64,000 bases of DNA from Luteolibacter sp. (GCA_047921195.1 JBLRWN010000009.1:396-64395); one strand, 5' to 3'; counted from the stretch's first letter, positions 18,688 to 30,286 are shown. The notes: a model not told the origin generated them from the sequence alone. Numbers and translations: made by a program.

Positions 18688-21021
18688 TCAGCGACGGCGG
18701 CGAAGGAGGCACAACATGCCAAGACCGCCGAGAAGTGCGGTGGTGGGCTCGGGGATGACGGTCATTGTTACGAAATGAGTTGCTGCAGTTTGATCTTCAG
18801 TGAAATTCAAGCCGCCTGATGTGTCATCGTATTTAAAGTTCCACTGATTTAATCCGATGGTGAAGATCGAATTATTAGCAAGCTCTTCGCCGTTATATGT
18901 GAAAAGCTGATCACTTGTCCACCCACCGAAATAGCTGATGAGAGTGAGCTTCGTTCCAATCGCAAGAGCAGTGCTCGTTGCCAGATCGGTCAATGTGAGA
19001 ACGGTGCCGGTGGCAATATTCAGAGTGCCCGATGCATAAGTAAGATCTCCTGAAATTTCTGGCGTAGTACTGAAGAGGTTCGTCTGGAATTCATAGGAGT
19101 AAATGGAGCCTTCCTCGAAAATCAAGTCCCCGACACCAAGGGATTCGATGGAATTTCCGGGTGCCAGTGTGCCACCGGACTGGACGATTACGGTACCGGT
19201 AATTGTGCCGCTTCCCATGAGAGTTGCGCCTTCTGAAACCAGGGTATTGCTTGTGATTGAACCATTGACGGCAAGCATGCCTGCACTGACGAGAGTGTCT
19301 CCGGTGTAGGTGTTGGTGCCATTGAGTTCAACCACGCCGCCACCCGTTTTTGTGACACCCTGCATTCCATTTGCTCCATCCGAAATGTGCCCTGAAAAAA
19401 CCACTCTTCCCCCAGTGGCTGAGGTGAGGCGGACAGCACTATCGAGTGTTACATTTCCAGAATATGTGGAAACTCCGCTTGTCGCATCACTGCCCAATGT
19501 AGGAAATAAAACCGAGCTGATCGAAAAGTTATCTAGGCCGATCATGTCGCGGCTGCCAGTGCCCGTGGATGCTGTCAATGCAGCTATTCGTATCATCAGC
19601 GCACTCTTGTCGCTGATGGCTTCCATGTCGAACGCATCACTCAAGGTGAAGGGAGTAATGCCGGTGCTTGCGTCGGATATGAAAGTGCCACCGGTGAATG
19701 TGGTCCACGATGTCCCGCCGTTAGTCGAATACTGGACGGCATAGGTTGTCGAACGCGTTTGATCGTTCAGGAGCATAAGATCGAGAGAGATATCGGACAG
19801 TTTTTCACCTTTGGTGGATGTGCTGAACGCCACGGCGGCGCCGGGATCTAGGCCTCCCGTTCCAGCCTGTCTAATACCGAGAGCCCGGTTGGTCGCGGCC
19901 GCCTGCGTAGATGTATCACTTGAAAGACCGATGCTTGCGGAAGCCACATTGTAGAATCCTCCGGATGTCGTACCCCATGACGTGGCAGTTGATGTGAACG
20001 TGCCGACATTGCCGAGCGAAGAAGAGGTGGCACCCGTATAAACCTGCCAATTTTCCGGCAAACCGCTGCCCAGGGAGTCGAAATTTTGCGTGTAGGCGAG
20101 TGTTGTTCCGCTATCGACCGTAATGTTATTAGAGACGTTGGCCCCGGGACCGGCAAGCAGGGAGCTGCCCTGTGTGATGGAGACCGATCCGGTGCCAAGA
20201 GCGCTCGTTCCCTCGGCTTGGAGCGTGCCTGCTGTGATCATGGTGTTGCCGGAATACTCATTGGAGCCGCTTAGGATCAGGGTGCCTGCACCGGTCTTGG
20301 TCACTCCGAATTCACCGTTAATGTTGCCCCCCAACGCAAGTTCACCGCTGTTGCGAATCTCGGTATTTGCAGTAAGATTGATTGCGCCGGTGGCCCTCGA
20401 TACCGTGGAACCGGTGAGTTGCAGGCCGGTGTTTGATGCACCAGCGGTAAGGCGAAAGGACCCCCCCGAGGTCGGAGTGGAATTACCAACCGAAACCGTT
20501 CCGTAATTCTGAATTCTGGCCTGTAGCGTGTCGTTGGTGATGAGGTCCATGAAATCGAAGGTCTGATTTACCGCTGACCCCGTTACCTCTCCTGTCTGGG
20601 AACTGAATGTGTTGAATCCATCCGTGCTAATGGCAACTGCGTATTGATTACCCGCTGTATTGCTAGCAGAGACTCCGAAGGTGAGAGATTTTGCAAAGAG
20701 AATATGATCGGCATCCGGCGCAACGGTGAATCCAAGATATTGGTTTGAAAAATTCGGCGATGACTGAGGAACGTAGTTCCCGGTGCTGGCGTAGACATTA
20801 GTACCGCTGTTCGCGGTCAGGCCTGTTCTCGCGAGCTCAGAACTGATGGCCCCAGTGGCATCCGTGCCGACCACAGTGTCTGTGGTGCCGCTCAAACCGT
20901 TGATGCCATAAGTTACAATCTGTGCGCTCCCCAGCGCTGCACTCATCCATAGCACAATTGAGCAAGCGGAGTAATGCATAAGTCGTGAACGTGAAACAGC
21001 AAACGTATCCTTGTAAATCAT
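18688..21021 (-). CDS. PEP-CTERM surface protein with autotransporter-associated beta-strand repeats
   Basis: C-terminal VIPEPTTALLGGLGMLCLLRRRR; two GVTKTGxGxxxLxGxNxYxG repeats; start uncertain (ORF open to 21150). Confidence 0.9.
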   Translation of the reverse strand: MIYKDTFAVSRSRLMHYSACSIVLWMSAALGSAQIVTYGINGLSGTTDTVVGTDATGAISSELARTGLTANSGTNVYASTGNYVPQSSPNFSNQYLGFTVAPDADHILFAKSLTFGVSASNTAGNQYAVAISTDGFNTFSSQTGEVTGSAVNQTFDFMDLITNDTLQARIQNYGTVSVGNSTPTSGGSFRLTAGASNTGLQLTGSTVSRATGAINLTANTEIRNSGELALGGNINGEFGVTKTGAGTLILSGSNEYSGNTMITAGTLQAEGTSALGTGSVSITQGSSLLAGPGANVSNNITVDSGTTLAYTQNFDSLGSGLPENWQVYTGATSSSLGNVGTFTSTATSWGTTSGGFYNVASASIGLSSDTSTQAAATNRALGIRQAGTGGLDPGAAVAFSTSTKGEKLSDISLDLMLLNDQTRSTTYAVQYSTNGGTSWTTFTGGTFISDASTGITPFTLSDAFDMEAISDKSALMIRIAALTASTGTGSRDMIGLDNFSISSVLFPTLGSDATSGVSTYSGNVTLDSAVRLTSATGGRVVFSGHISDGANGMQGVTKTGGGVVELNGTNTYTGDTLVSAGMLAVNGSITSNTLVSEGATLMGSGTITGTVIVQSGGTLAPGNSIESLGVGDLIFEEGSIYSYEFQTNLFSTTPEISGDLTYASGTLNIATGTVLTLTDLATSTALAIGTKLTLISYFGGWTSDQLFTYNGEELANNSIFTIGLNQWNFKYDDTSGGLNFTEDQTAATHFVTMTVIPEPTTALLGGLGMLCLLRRRR

Positions 21022-21300
21022 GGCGACTGCAATGTTGCTTGGGGAAATGCGATTCAGCTGACACGATTTCACCGTGTGTATGAATGGTTTCATAATGCTC
21101 GGGGAGAATTTAACAACATCATGCCGATAGCACGATCCCTGCCAACTCAAAAAAGCATTTTGCGCGTGACATTTTGGTCACGGAAAATGGGCGCAATCCT
21201 TGGTCTCCCGGCTGGGAGTGATTACACGTTGTAATTCAAAGGCTTAGAACATCCCGGATCCCCCCCTCGTTCTCACGAATGAGCCTGTGTGTGGGATAGC

Positions 21301-21768
21301 TTACACTCGCGTGAGTGGAATTTGTGGCATTGCTACCGGGCTCCAAGGATTTTCGCTGAAATCTCCGGACTCGATGGCATGGAGCGTGGATGTGCAGAGC
21401 CGAAGCAGCGATGCGACGTCGACACCGAGGTGGTGCGGGGCGAACGGGGCAAGCCTTGCGATGGCGGAGCGGAAGATTCTGGAGGCAGGTGTGAGGCGGC
21501 GGCCGTGATGTGGGTGATCCGGGTGCTCATGCTGCTTGCGGAGGTGGACAAATGCCCCGGCGATCTGGATGAGCGCTTTGTAGAATTCGCGGTCGGGGCC
21601 GTTGGTTTTCAACCAAAGGTCCTCAAGCACATCGTGGGCCTCGTAGTAGTCGCCGCGGTTGAAGCATTCGAAATAGCCGAGGTAGCGTGGATCGGTCGTG
21701 GAGTCTGCCTTCACCGCAAGCGTCTCGACGAAGGCGGCGATGCGGTCGGATTTTTTGGGCTGCGTCAT
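21301..21768 (-). CDS. DUF309-family protein
   Basis: FNRGDYYEAHDVLEDLW, FYKALIQIAGAFVH. Confidence 0.85.
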   Translation of the reverse strand: MTQPKKSDRIAAFVETLAVKADSTTDPRYLGYFECFNRGDYYEAHDVLEDLWLKTNGPDREFYKALIQIAGAFVHLRKQHEHPDHPHHGRRLTPASRIFRSAIARLAPFAPHHLGVDVASLLRLCTSTLHAIESGDFSENPWSPVAMPQIPLTRV

Positions 21769-21811
21769 GGGATCATCCAAAAATTCACAATCGGAAATCA
21801 ACGAGAGGATT

Positions 21812-21861
21812 CCGGGGACAGGATGTCCCCGGGACGGACTGGGGCAGGATGCCCCAGCCAC
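21812..21861. repeat. Pair of REP-like palindromes
   Basis: ccggggaca-gga-tgtccccgg and ctggggca-gga-tgccccag between pgi and DUF309. Confidence 0.6.
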
Positions 21862-21885
21862 AAACAGAATGCCCCAGTCATGAGC

Positions 21886-23442
21886 TCAGAGATGGAAGCG
21901 GTCATCGGCGGGGGATTTGCCGAGGATTTGCTGGCATTCGCCGTTGGCGGCGAGGTGGGTGAGGCAGTGGTAGACGTCCTCGGGGTCGGCATCGATTTCG
22001 GTGGCGATGGATTCGGCGTCCTTGAGTTCGGCGGTGAGGTGGCCGCGCACGGCGTTGAGTGTTTCGAGGAACACACCTGCGGCCTTTTTCCCGGCTTCGA
22101 CGCCGGGTTGGTGGTAGGCGTTGATGTTGACGAGTGAGGCGTAGAAGGAGACGGTGCGTTCGAAGAGCGCGATGAGCATGCCAAGTTGGAATGGGCCGAC
22201 CTCCGGGATGGAAATCGTGAGGGATTGGCGGCCGGATTCATGCAGTGCCTTGCGGGTGCCGCGGAGGAAGCCTTGGAGGTAATCGGCGGTGGTGACGCCG
22301 GGGTCGACCTCGATGCCGGGTTTCGAGCGGCCCTTGCGCACTTCGATGAAGGTGGCGAAAAAGTTGTTCACCCCGTCGCGGAGTTGCTGGACGTATGCGT
22401 GCTGGTCGGTCGACCCTTTGTTTCCGTAGACGGCGATGCCTTGGTGCACGGTGTTGCCATCGAGGTCGAGCTCCTTGCCGAGCGATTCCATGACGAGCTG
22501 CTGGAGGTATTTGGAGAACAGGACGAGAGCATCCTTGTAGGGCAGCACGACCATGTCCTTTTCCCCGCTGCCGTTGGTGGCGTGGTGCCATGCGAGGGCG
22601 AGGCGGAGGGCGGCGTTATGCGACGGATCGTCAGTCTTGCGCGTCTCGGCGTCCATCGCGGCGGCACCGGCGAGCATGGCATCGATGTCGAGCCCTTGGA
22701 GGGCGGCGGGCACGAGGCCGACGGTCGAAAGCACCGAGGTGCGGCCGCCGACCCAATCCTCCATCGGGAAGCGGGCGATGAATCCGCATTTTTCGGCGTA
22801 TTGGTCGAGCTGCGACCCGTTGCCGGTGATGGCCACGGCATGGCTACCGAAATTCAGTCCGGCTGCCTTGTATGCGGCTTTGGTTTCGAGCATGCCATTG
22901 CGGGTCTCCGGAGTGCCGCCGGATTTTGAGATCACGATCACCAGGGTCTTGCCGAGGCCGAGGCGTTCGAGGCGCGCGAGGGTGTGATCGATCCCTTCGG
23001 GGTCGGTGTTGTCGAGGAAGTGAATGGGCAGCTTGGCATGGTGACCGAGTGCCTCGGCGACCAACTGCGGACCGAGTGCGGATCCGCCGATGCCCACAAC
23101 GAGCAATTGTTCGAACACCCCGCCGCCCGGCGGGCGAACGCCGCCGTGGTGCACCTGCTCGGCAAATGCCTTGAGCGCGATGAGCGGGGCGGTGATGGCT
23201 CCTTGCAATTCGGGTTTCGGCGCGAGCTCCGGAGCGCGCAACCAATAGTGGCCGACCATGCGGCCTTCGTCGGGGTTGGCGATGGCGCCGGCTTCAAGCG
23301 CGCGCATGTCGGCAAACGCCCGCTCGATCAACGCGGCGCGGGTTTGCAATTGATCCGATGGAAGGTCCATCAAGGAAAGATCGAGAGAGAACCCAAGCTC
23401 GGGGTAGCGGAGATGATTGGCGTTGAAATCGGTCCAGGACAT
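21886..23442 (-). CDS. pgi: Glucose-6-phosphate isomerase
   Basis: [61 protein letters not shown]. Confidence 0.96.
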   Translation of the reverse strand: MSWTDFNANHLRYPELGFSLDLSLMDLPSDQLQTRAALIERAFADMRALEAGAIANPDEGRMVGHYWLRAPELAPKPELQGAITAPLIALKAFAEQVHHGGVRPPGGGVFEQLLVVGIGGSALGPQLVAEALGHHAKLPIHFLDNTDPEGIDHTLARLERLGLGKTLVIVISKSGGTPETRNGMLETKAAYKAAGLNFGSHAVAITGNGSQLDQYAEKCGFIARFPMEDWVGGRTSVLSTVGLVPAALQGLDIDAMLAGAAAMDAETRKTDDPSHNAALRLALAWHHATNGSGEKDMVVLPYKDALVLFSKYLQQLVMESLGKELDLDGNTVHQGIAVYGNKGSTDQHAYVQQLRDGVNNFFATFIEVRKGRSKPGIEVDPGVTTADYLQGFLRGTRKALHESGRQSLTISIPEVGPFQLGMLIALFERTVSFYASLVNINAYHQPGVEAGKKAAGVFLETLNAVRGHLTAELKDAESIATEIDADPEDVYHCLTHLAANGECQQILGKSPADDRFHL

Positions 23443-23517
23443 GGTGGTGACGCCCGCGTTTTTTGCCAGGCGCGCGAGGTTATGCCGAGTCGCCTGCGAT
23501 GCCAATGAAAACCGCGT

Positions 23518-24585
23518 CTACGTCGCTCGATCGAGGAACATTGTGAACTCGCGGCGGTTGTAGGTGAGGTGGGTGGTCTGCAGGTGGTGAATGCCTGCGG
23601 AGGCGGCCGCGCTGCGGATGTGGTGTTCCATTTGGATCATCTCCCCCACCCCTTCGGCCCCAGCGGTTTTCAGGGTGAAAACGATCATCGCTCCGGCTTG
23701 GAGCGATGGTGCCAGACGCGCGACTTGTGCGAAGGCGTCGGACGCCGGGCCATTCATGTCGCACAGCAGCGCATCGAATCGCCGGCCGGCGGATGGCTTC
23801 CAGCGTGAAACATCGGCGAGGAAAAATTCGAGCCCGTCGGCGCGGTCGAGCGCCGCTGCGAGCGGTGCGCGGTCGATCGCGGTGACGCGGTATCCGTGGC
23901 GCAGTAGCTCGGACGTCATCCCGCCCGGGCATGCTCCGAGCTCCAGCCAATGGGCACCATGTTCCGGTGGCGTGCCGAACATCCGCATGTGGTGCAGCGC
24001 CTCGACAATCTTGGCCCCGGCGCGGCTGAGCACCTCACCGCCGGACTGGCGGATGAATCGTGTGCCGCCGGGGTGGAAGCCATTGGCCTGGCGCGGCGTC
24101 TGCAATCCACAGAAGAGCCCGGTGCGACCGACGAGGACGTGGACGACCGGATCGTCCGGCTCTAACAAGTCAACACCGGCAGCCGCCCCGGGCATGCACT
24201 GCAGCGCGCGGCCGCGCAGGTTCGATGCGAGTTTGCGGAAGTAGCCGTGTTTCGCGTGTGGTTCGAACGACCCGATGAGCAGCGCCTTTGGATGGTGTGT
24301 TGAGAATTTTCCTGCGATCGCGGCGGCGGCTTTCTCGATGAAGCCTGTGGTTTTTTCCGGATTGCACGGCCACGCGCGGTGGACCGGCATTTGCCAACGG
24401 CAGAACATCCGGACGCCGGGAAAGATGGGAAAATCCGAGCCCGTGGCGACCACACGGCGGTAGTCCCCTTCCCCGTCTTTGGTGACCGACGACGGGGCAA
24501 TGGATTGGGCGAATTCGGCGAACACCTCGGGAACCCGGACCAACCACCATGCGGGTTCGAGGGATGCGGCGGCTGGTTCGGTCAT
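23518..24585 (-). CDS. RlmM/FtsJ-like SAM-dependent RNA 2'-O-methyltransferase
   Basis: SRAGAKIVEA, LELGACPGGMT, VTAIDRAP, LLCDMN, FTLK. Confidence 0.75.
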   Translation of the reverse strand: MTEPAAASLEPAWWLVRVPEVFAEFAQSIAPSSVTKDGEGDYRRVVATGSDFPIFPGVRMFCRWQMPVHRAWPCNPEKTTGFIEKAAAAIAGKFSTHHPKALLIGSFEPHAKHGYFRKLASNLRGRALQCMPGAAAGVDLLEPDDPVVHVLVGRTGLFCGLQTPRQANGFHPGGTRFIRQSGGEVLSRAGAKIVEALHHMRMFGTPPEHGAHWLELGACPGGMTSELLRHGYRVTAIDRAPLAAALDRADGLEFFLADVSRWKPSAGRRFDALLCDMNGPASDAFAQVARLAPSLQAGAMIVFTLKTAGAEGVGEMIQMEHHIRSAAASAGIHHLQTTHLTYNRREFTMFLDRAT

Positions 24586-24773
24586 GGGGGAAACGATTGG
24601 AAAAGGTTGGCACGCGTTGTGCTAAATTCGGTTGTCGCGATCAATCAGGCGGCCTGGCGGAAGTTTCTTGGGATTTTGGGTTTTCCCGGGAGCCATCTGC
24701 CAGGTCGCCTTCTTTTTTCAGATGTCGACCATCGGCGACACGACCGGGAGGATGGCAAACCAAGTGGCGGATT

Positions 24774-26342
24774 CTACGCTTCGGTTGGAGGTGCGGCGCT
24801 TGCCTGGATCGATTCGCCGGACTGGGTCTCGACGAGCGGGCGGGCGAGCATTTCCTCGTAGATGCGGATGTAGTTGCGTGCCACTTCCTTGTGGCTGAAG
24901 CGCTCGCGGCTTTCGCGCATGATGCGCCGGATGTGTTCATGGCGCATGTCCCACGGCAGGGCATGAAATGCCATCGCCTGGTCAATCCCCCAGCGCAGCG
25001 CACCGGGATCGTAGGTCTTGAAGCTGAATCCATTGCCGGTCGCGCGGTCGAGGTCGATGTGCTCGATGGTATCGTAAAGCCCACCGGTGGCATGGACGAT
25101 CGGGAGGTTGCCGTAAAGCGGCGCGGTCATTTGCGGCAGGCCGCACGGCTCGAAGAGCGAGGGCATGAGCATGTAATCGGCCCCCGCGTATGCGAGGCGT
25201 GAAAGGCGTTCTTCGAAATCCACCACCGCCACGCGGTTGCCAAGGTCGAACTCCGCGACGATGCGCTCGAGCCAGATCTGGTGCGGGCCGTTGGCGACGA
25301 CGACGATCTGGAGGTTTCTGTCCCAGTAATCGGAGACCGTCCGCTGCAGGATGTCGCTGAGCAATTGCGGCCCCTTTTGCACCGGATCGAGGCGCGACGG
25401 CCAGAAGAAGATCGCGGCGCCCGGGTCTTCATCGAGTTGCAACTCGTGCTGAAGCGCCTGTTTGTTCGCGGCCTTGCCCTCGGCGACGTCGTCGACGCCA
25501 AAGGTGCGGACGAGTGCCGGATCGGTCTCCGGGTTGTAGGACACATCGGGCGCGTTGAGGATGCCCGCGGAGCATCCGGCATGATACTTGTTGCGAAGCT
25601 CGGCCCGCACCGGATCGGGCACGACGCTGTGCCAGCCGTCGACGATTTCCTGAAGGAACCGCGGGCTGACGGTGTTGATGTAGTGCGCGGCGAAGATACC
25701 CGAGGAGAGCAGCTCGACGCTGCAATCGTAGCGCGCTTCGTAGTAGTTCGTCGGCGCGTCGTTGAAATACAGGTTCATCCAGAACTCGGCGGCGTCGATG
25801 CCGATTTCCTCGATCTCCGCAAGGCTGGTATCGCGCGAGTGGATGTTGTGGACGGTGAACAGGCTTTTGATGCCGCGCCGCCGGGCCATCGCCGGGATCA
25901 GGGCGGTCATCCAGTCGTTGCAGTGGATGAGGTCCGGGCGGGCGTGAGGGATGATGTGGTTGATCACCTCGCGCTGGAACACCAGGGCGATGCGCATCGA
26001 TTCCTCGTTGTGGCTGCTGTAGACTTGTTCGCGGTAATAGAAAATCCGGTCTTCCGCGAGGTGGATGTGGCTCTCAGGGAGCACCTCGTGGTATTTGCGG
26101 AGCTCCTTTTCATGGAGGTCGAAAATGTCGCCCTGAAACATCCGGCGGTAGTTGGGAAGCGCGACGTGGACGTCGGCCCCGAGTTCGTAAAGCGCGGATA
26201 CCAGCGAAGCTGAAACATCCGCCAACCCGCCGGCCTTCGCGGACATCCTTTGCGCCATGTTGCCCATGCCCGACGGAAGGTAGGTGATCTCGGGCGTGAC
26301 GATGAGGATTCTGGGATTTGCGGGTGGGGATTCGGACTTCAT
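24774..26342 (-). CDS. glgA: Glycogen/starch synthase (GT5)
   Basis: AKAGGLADV, IHCNDWMTA, FTVHN, RLDPVQKG, LMPSLFEPCGLPQM, TGGLYDT. Confidence 0.9.
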   Translation of the reverse strand: MKSESPPANPRILIVTPEITYLPSGMGNMAQRMSAKAGGLADVSASLVSALYELGADVHVALPNYRRMFQGDIFDLHEKELRKYHEVLPESHIHLAEDRIFYYREQVYSSHNEESMRIALVFQREVINHIIPHARPDLIHCNDWMTALIPAMARRRGIKSLFTVHNIHSRDTSLAEIEEIGIDAAEFWMNLYFNDAPTNYYEARYDCSVELLSSGIFAAHYINTVSPRFLQEIVDGWHSVVPDPVRAELRNKYHAGCSAGILNAPDVSYNPETDPALVRTFGVDDVAEGKAANKQALQHELQLDEDPGAAIFFWPSRLDPVQKGPQLLSDILQRTVSDYWDRNLQIVVVANGPHQIWLERIVAEFDLGNRVAVVDFEERLSRLAYAGADYMLMPSLFEPCGLPQMTAPLYGNLPIVHATGGLYDTIEHIDLDRATGNGFSFKTYDPGALRWGIDQAMAFHALPWDMRHEHIRRIMRESRERFSHKEVARNYIRIYEEMLARPLVETQSGESIQASAAPPTEA

Positions 26343-26449
26343 GGAATCGCGAGGCTTGCTGTGTTAGGGATTGACACTCAAAGCATGCGGCATGCCGGAT
26401 TTTTGCCAATCACAATCTTTTGACATTCCCGCCCGGTTTTCCTAACCGC

Positions 26450-29400
26450 TCACCGTCCGTGGGGCAGCAGGTCGTCAACCGTCAGCATCGGTTTTCCAAC
26501 CTCGTCGCGGTGTTTCGCGACGTCCTCGGGAGCGATCGCCGGGGCCTCGTTGCCGAAGCTCGAACGGATGTAGGTGAGGACGGCAGCGATTTGCCCATCG
26601 TTTTGATAGGGCATGGGCGGCATCACCATGTTGTATTCCACGCCCTTGACGGTGATCGGTCCCTGAAGCCCGCGGAGCTGAATGCGGATCAGGTTTTCGG
26701 CAGGACCGAGCACCCATTCGGATCCGGCGAGCGGCGGCCCTGCGGGTCCGCCTTCGCCTTGTTGTCCGTGGCAGGCGGCGCACATGATGTATTGCTGCTG
26801 GCCCATCTTGCGGAGGGCTTCCGCATCGGCCAACGGCGCGGCGGGCTGGATGGTGGCCGGATCAAGAACCGGGAATGTCGTCGGCGTGCCCGGCGGCACC
26901 TCGGCGGAGCTGCCTTTCAGCGAGTCGAGCCAGGCCACCAGATCGCGCATCTCCCGGGGCGCGAGCAACGGCCCCATGGCGGGCATGGCCGATGGCGCGA
27001 ATGTAACCTCTTTCACGTCGCCGGCCATCACTCGATGCGCGGTATCGGCCGTGGCGATGTCGTAATACGCACCACCGCCGCCATGATAGGTCCCGGAAAT
27101 GGATGCTTCGTTGGTGAGTTTGAGGCTCACCGTGCCGAAGCCCGGGGAGATTTCCGCATCGGGAAGCACCAGCGATTCGAGCAACTTGCGGCGGTCCAGA
27201 CGGTTGGCGACGCCCGCGAGATTCGGCCCCGCCTCGCCGCCCGCCGCATGGCCCGCATTCGCCCGGTGGCAGCGCATGCACTCGCCTTGTGGGTGCGAGT
27301 TGAAAATCCGGCGGCCCCGCAGCGGATCACCACCATGGAGCATGGCAAGCCATGGTGCCAGCGGATCGCGCGCACTCTCGACCGCCTGTTGATACGCCTT
27401 CAACGCACCTGCAACTGCGGGCGAGGATGCCGCACGCATTTCCGCAGCTTCGAGTCGTTCGATCGCGTCACCCGCCGCACCAAGCCGAAGGGTGAGGTTG
27501 ATGATCGACTGCGCGACAATCGCGTCCGCCTCCGGAACCGGCAGCCCGCCAAGGATCGCCCATGCATCACGAGCGCGTGAAGAATCCGGTGTGGAAACGG
27601 CCTCCCGCAAGCCCGGCAGCGCGGCTTCTGGGTCATGCGTGGCCAGCAATCGCAGCGCCATCAGCGCGACGGCATCAGCTTCGTCGGTGGCGAGTTTGCG
27701 GAGCAGCGGCTCGGCCTTTTCGCTGGAGATCCGGGAGAGGGTTTCAAGGGCTTTCGCACGGGTTTCGGCTGCCAGCGAAGAACGTCCGGCCAGCGCGCCG
27801 ATTGCATTTACGTCCACCTGAAGATCGTAAATGCCGATGTATCCGAGCGCCGCATGTGCGTTGATCGAGTCGCCATCAAGAAGTCGGGGCAACTCGGATT
27901 GAAGCACGACGGATGCCTCCGCCGCCGGGCGCACATCCAGCGGCGCGTGGTCGCCGGTGAATTGGTTCGCCACATGCGGCTCGGCCCATTTACCGAGCAA
28001 TCGTGCGGCCTCATCGCGCGCTGCCTGTGGCATTTCGGAGTCGAGCAGCACGTCTACCAGACGCCGGGCGTTCGTTTCGCCGCCAAGGCGGTAGGCATTG
28101 TGGAGCAGCCGCCGCTGCATGAATGGCGACATCGCTTTGAAACGATCCTCCTCGATCATCCGCGCCACACTCGGGCGAGCGAGTGAGATTCCGTCGTCGC
28201 AGACCGCGCGCAGGGCCTCGGTGAAAACCAGTGATCGTGGTGAAGTGAGAAACGCCGTCATTTCATGACCCCCGAGCCGACGCATCGCGACGACAGCCGC
28301 AATATCCAACGCCTCGTCGCCGAAATCCTGAAGCTTTGCGAGTCGTCCCACATTTTCCGTAGCAAGCGCCGCAAGGGCCACCGCACCGGCATGGCGGAGA
28401 AACACATCCTCATCCTTGTTCTCACGGATCATCTGGCAGACTGCCTCGAAGTGCCGCCTGCCATTGAGTTTGGCGGCGGCAAATGCGGCGAAATAACGCA
28501 CCCGTGGGGATTTATCGGCGAGCGCCTGGTCGATTGGCAGGGCATTGCCATCCATCGGCGATTCACCAAGCACACGCCAAGTCTGTGCGCGAATTTCAGC
28601 ATCGGCATCGTCGATGAGTCCGCGCAATGCCTCCGCCGCCGCTTGCCTGAGCCCGGCATCCGCACCCGGCATCTCATCCGGGAAAGGAACGGGCACGCCA
28701 TCACCACGGCGTGCAAGAATGCCCAGCCCCCACACGCTGTGCAGGCGGGTAAAAAAGCCGCGCTCTCGCGCTGTGCCGGATATCAATTTTCCCAAAGCAC
28801 CATCCAGCCGGGTGAGCGCGATCTGCGCCCGCAACCGGACGCGCATGTCCGGGTGTTCGAGCAAAGCCAGCAACTCATCCGCAGCCCGGTGCGCAAATCC
28901 CTCGCGAATGAACACGTCGGTGGCGACCACACCATCCAGCCAAGATGGAGCATCCGGGTTTTCCACAATCAAGAGCCGCCCGTCGTCGTGCGACTGCCAG
29001 CCGCCGATGAAGTCACTCACAATCACCTTGCCGTCCCATGTGTAATCCACGTCCGTCGCACACGCCCCCTGCATGAACCAACGCGAATCCGTCATCTTGA
29101 AACCCGCGCCATCCGCAGCCATCTCGAAGGACCACACGCCGGAAAGCGCCGGATTGCCACGGTAGTCGCAGATCAGAAAACGGCCGCGCTCCGAATCACA
29201 AAAACCCGCGCCCGGATGAACCGTCAACCCGGACGGCCCCGAGGTGAGCAAGGCCACCGGCGGGATGATCGAGAGCGGTTGCTCGGGATTCCGCTCGTGC
29301 CACATCTTCTCGTCCATCCAGCGGTTTGGCGGGCGCCGCTCAAGGCCAATGCGCGAATGAAACGAATGCATCGTCTGGTGCCCCATGCGCCAGCCGCTGT

Positions 29401-30265
29401 CGCCGAATTCTGTTAGATAAACGATGCGCGCGGCATCGCCCTGGTCCGAGTTGTTGTCCACGGTGAAGAGATTCCCGTGGTAATCGAATGCCAGCTCCTT
29501 CGGGTTGCGCAGCCCGGTGTGGATCACCTCAAAGTTGCTGCCATCCGGATCAAAGCGGAAAACCACACCTTGGTCGGGGTAATGGTATTTGGTTCCCTCA
29601 CGCGTCGTCACCGAGAGCCCGCGGTCACCGATGGTGCCGTAAATCCTGCCATCCGGCCCGAGCGTGAAGCCGTTCATGTCGTGACCGGAGAACGAGACGC
29701 GGACGCCGAATCCCTCGGCTACCACCTCGCGCACGTCGGCGGTGCCATCGCCGTTGCTGTCGCGCATTTTCCAGATTGCCGGGATGTTTGCGAAATAGAC
29801 GGCACCCTCGAAGGCGAAAACCCCGGAGGCGAGGCCGTCCAACATCCCATCGAAGCCCTCGGCAAACACCTGCGCCTTGTCCACATCCCCGTCCCCGGTG
29901 GTGTCGACGTGCATGCGCACGCGGTCGCTGGTGTCGGTGAAATATCCTTCGGGCAGCTGGTGCTCCCAGCGCTGATACATCGCCAGTCGATCGGCGGTCG
30001 TTTGCGAGGCGATGTCTTCCAGAAACCAATACTCGCGGCTGCGGTTGTCGCACACGCCCTTGCGCAGCCGGTTAGCTTCGGCGACGAAAATCCGGCCCTG
30101 CTCGTCGATCGAAAACGCCGAGGGCGAGACGACCGGTTGCTCCTCTCCACGCGCCAGCTCGCGCACCTCGAATCGCGGATCGACAACCACGCCGTCCGTT
30201 GCGGCGGCGCCCGAAAACGCGGGCACCAACGCACCCGCGATCATAAGAAATGAATGTTTTTTCAT
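26450..30265 (-). CDS. PVC-type membrane-bound dehydrogenase-like protein: beta-propeller, HEAT repeats, two c-type heme domains
   Basis: Signal peptide; GLRNPKELAFD propeller motif; HEAT-like repeats; CMRCH and CAACH; GPNLAG, GPPLAGSEWV. Confidence 0.85.
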   Translation of the reverse strand: MKKHSFLMIAGALVPAFSGAAATDGVVVDPRFEVRELARGEEQPVVSPSAFSIDEQGRIFVAEANRLRKGVCDNRSREYWFLEDIASQTTADRLAMYQRWEHQLPEGYFTDTSDRVRMHVDTTGDGDVDKAQVFAEGFDGMLDGLASGVFAFEGAVYFANIPAIWKMRDSNGDGTADVREVVAEGFGVRVSFSGHDMNGFTLGPDGRIYGTIGDRGLSVTTREGTKYHYPDQGVVFRFDPDGSNFEVIHTGLRNPKELAFDYHGNLFTVDNNSDQGDAARIVYLTEFGDSGWRMGHQTMHSFHSRIGLERRPPNRWMDEKMWHERNPEQPLSIIPPVALLTSGPSGLTVHPGAGFCDSERGRFLICDYRGNPALSGVWSFEMAADGAGFKMTDSRWFMQGACATDVDYTWDGKVIVSDFIGGWQSHDDGRLLIVENPDAPSWLDGVVATDVFIREGFAHRAADELLALLEHPDMRVRLRAQIALTRLDGALGKLISGTARERGFFTRLHSVWGLGILARRGDGVPVPFPDEMPGADAGLRQAAAEALRGLIDDADAEIRAQTWRVLGESPMDGNALPIDQALADKSPRVRYFAAFAAAKLNGRRHFEAVCQMIRENKDEDVFLRHAGAVALAALATENVGRLAKLQDFGDEALDIAAVVAMRRLGGHEMTAFLTSPRSLVFTEALRAVCDDGISLARPSVARMIEEDRFKAMSPFMQRRLLHNAYRLGGETNARRLVDVLLDSEMPQAARDEAARLLGKWAEPHVANQFTGDHAPLDVRPAAEASVVLQSELPRLLDGDSINAHAALGYIGIYDLQVDVNAIGALAGRSSLAAETRAKALETLSRISSEKAEPLLRKLATDEADAVALMALRLLATHDPEAALPGLREAVSTPDSSRARDAWAILGGLPVPEADAIVAQSIINLTLRLGAAGDAIERLEAAEMRAASSPAVAGALKAYQQAVESARDPLAPWLAMLHGGDPLRGRRIFNSHPQGECMRCHRANAGHAAGGEAGPNLAGVANRLDRRKLLESLVLPDAEISPGFGTVSLKLTNEASISGTYHGGGGAYYDIATADTAHRVMAGDVKEVTFAPSAMPAMGPLLAPREMRDLVAWLDSLKGSSAEVPPGTPTTFPVLDPATIQPAAPLADAEALRKMGQQQYIMCAACHGQQGEGGPAGPPLAGSEWVLGPAENLIRIQLRGLQGPITVKGVEYNMVMPPMPYQNDGQIAAVLTYIRSSFGNEAPAIAPEDVAKHRDEVGKPMLTVDDLLPHGR

Positions 30266-30286
30266 GAAATCGTGTGATCGCCCTTC

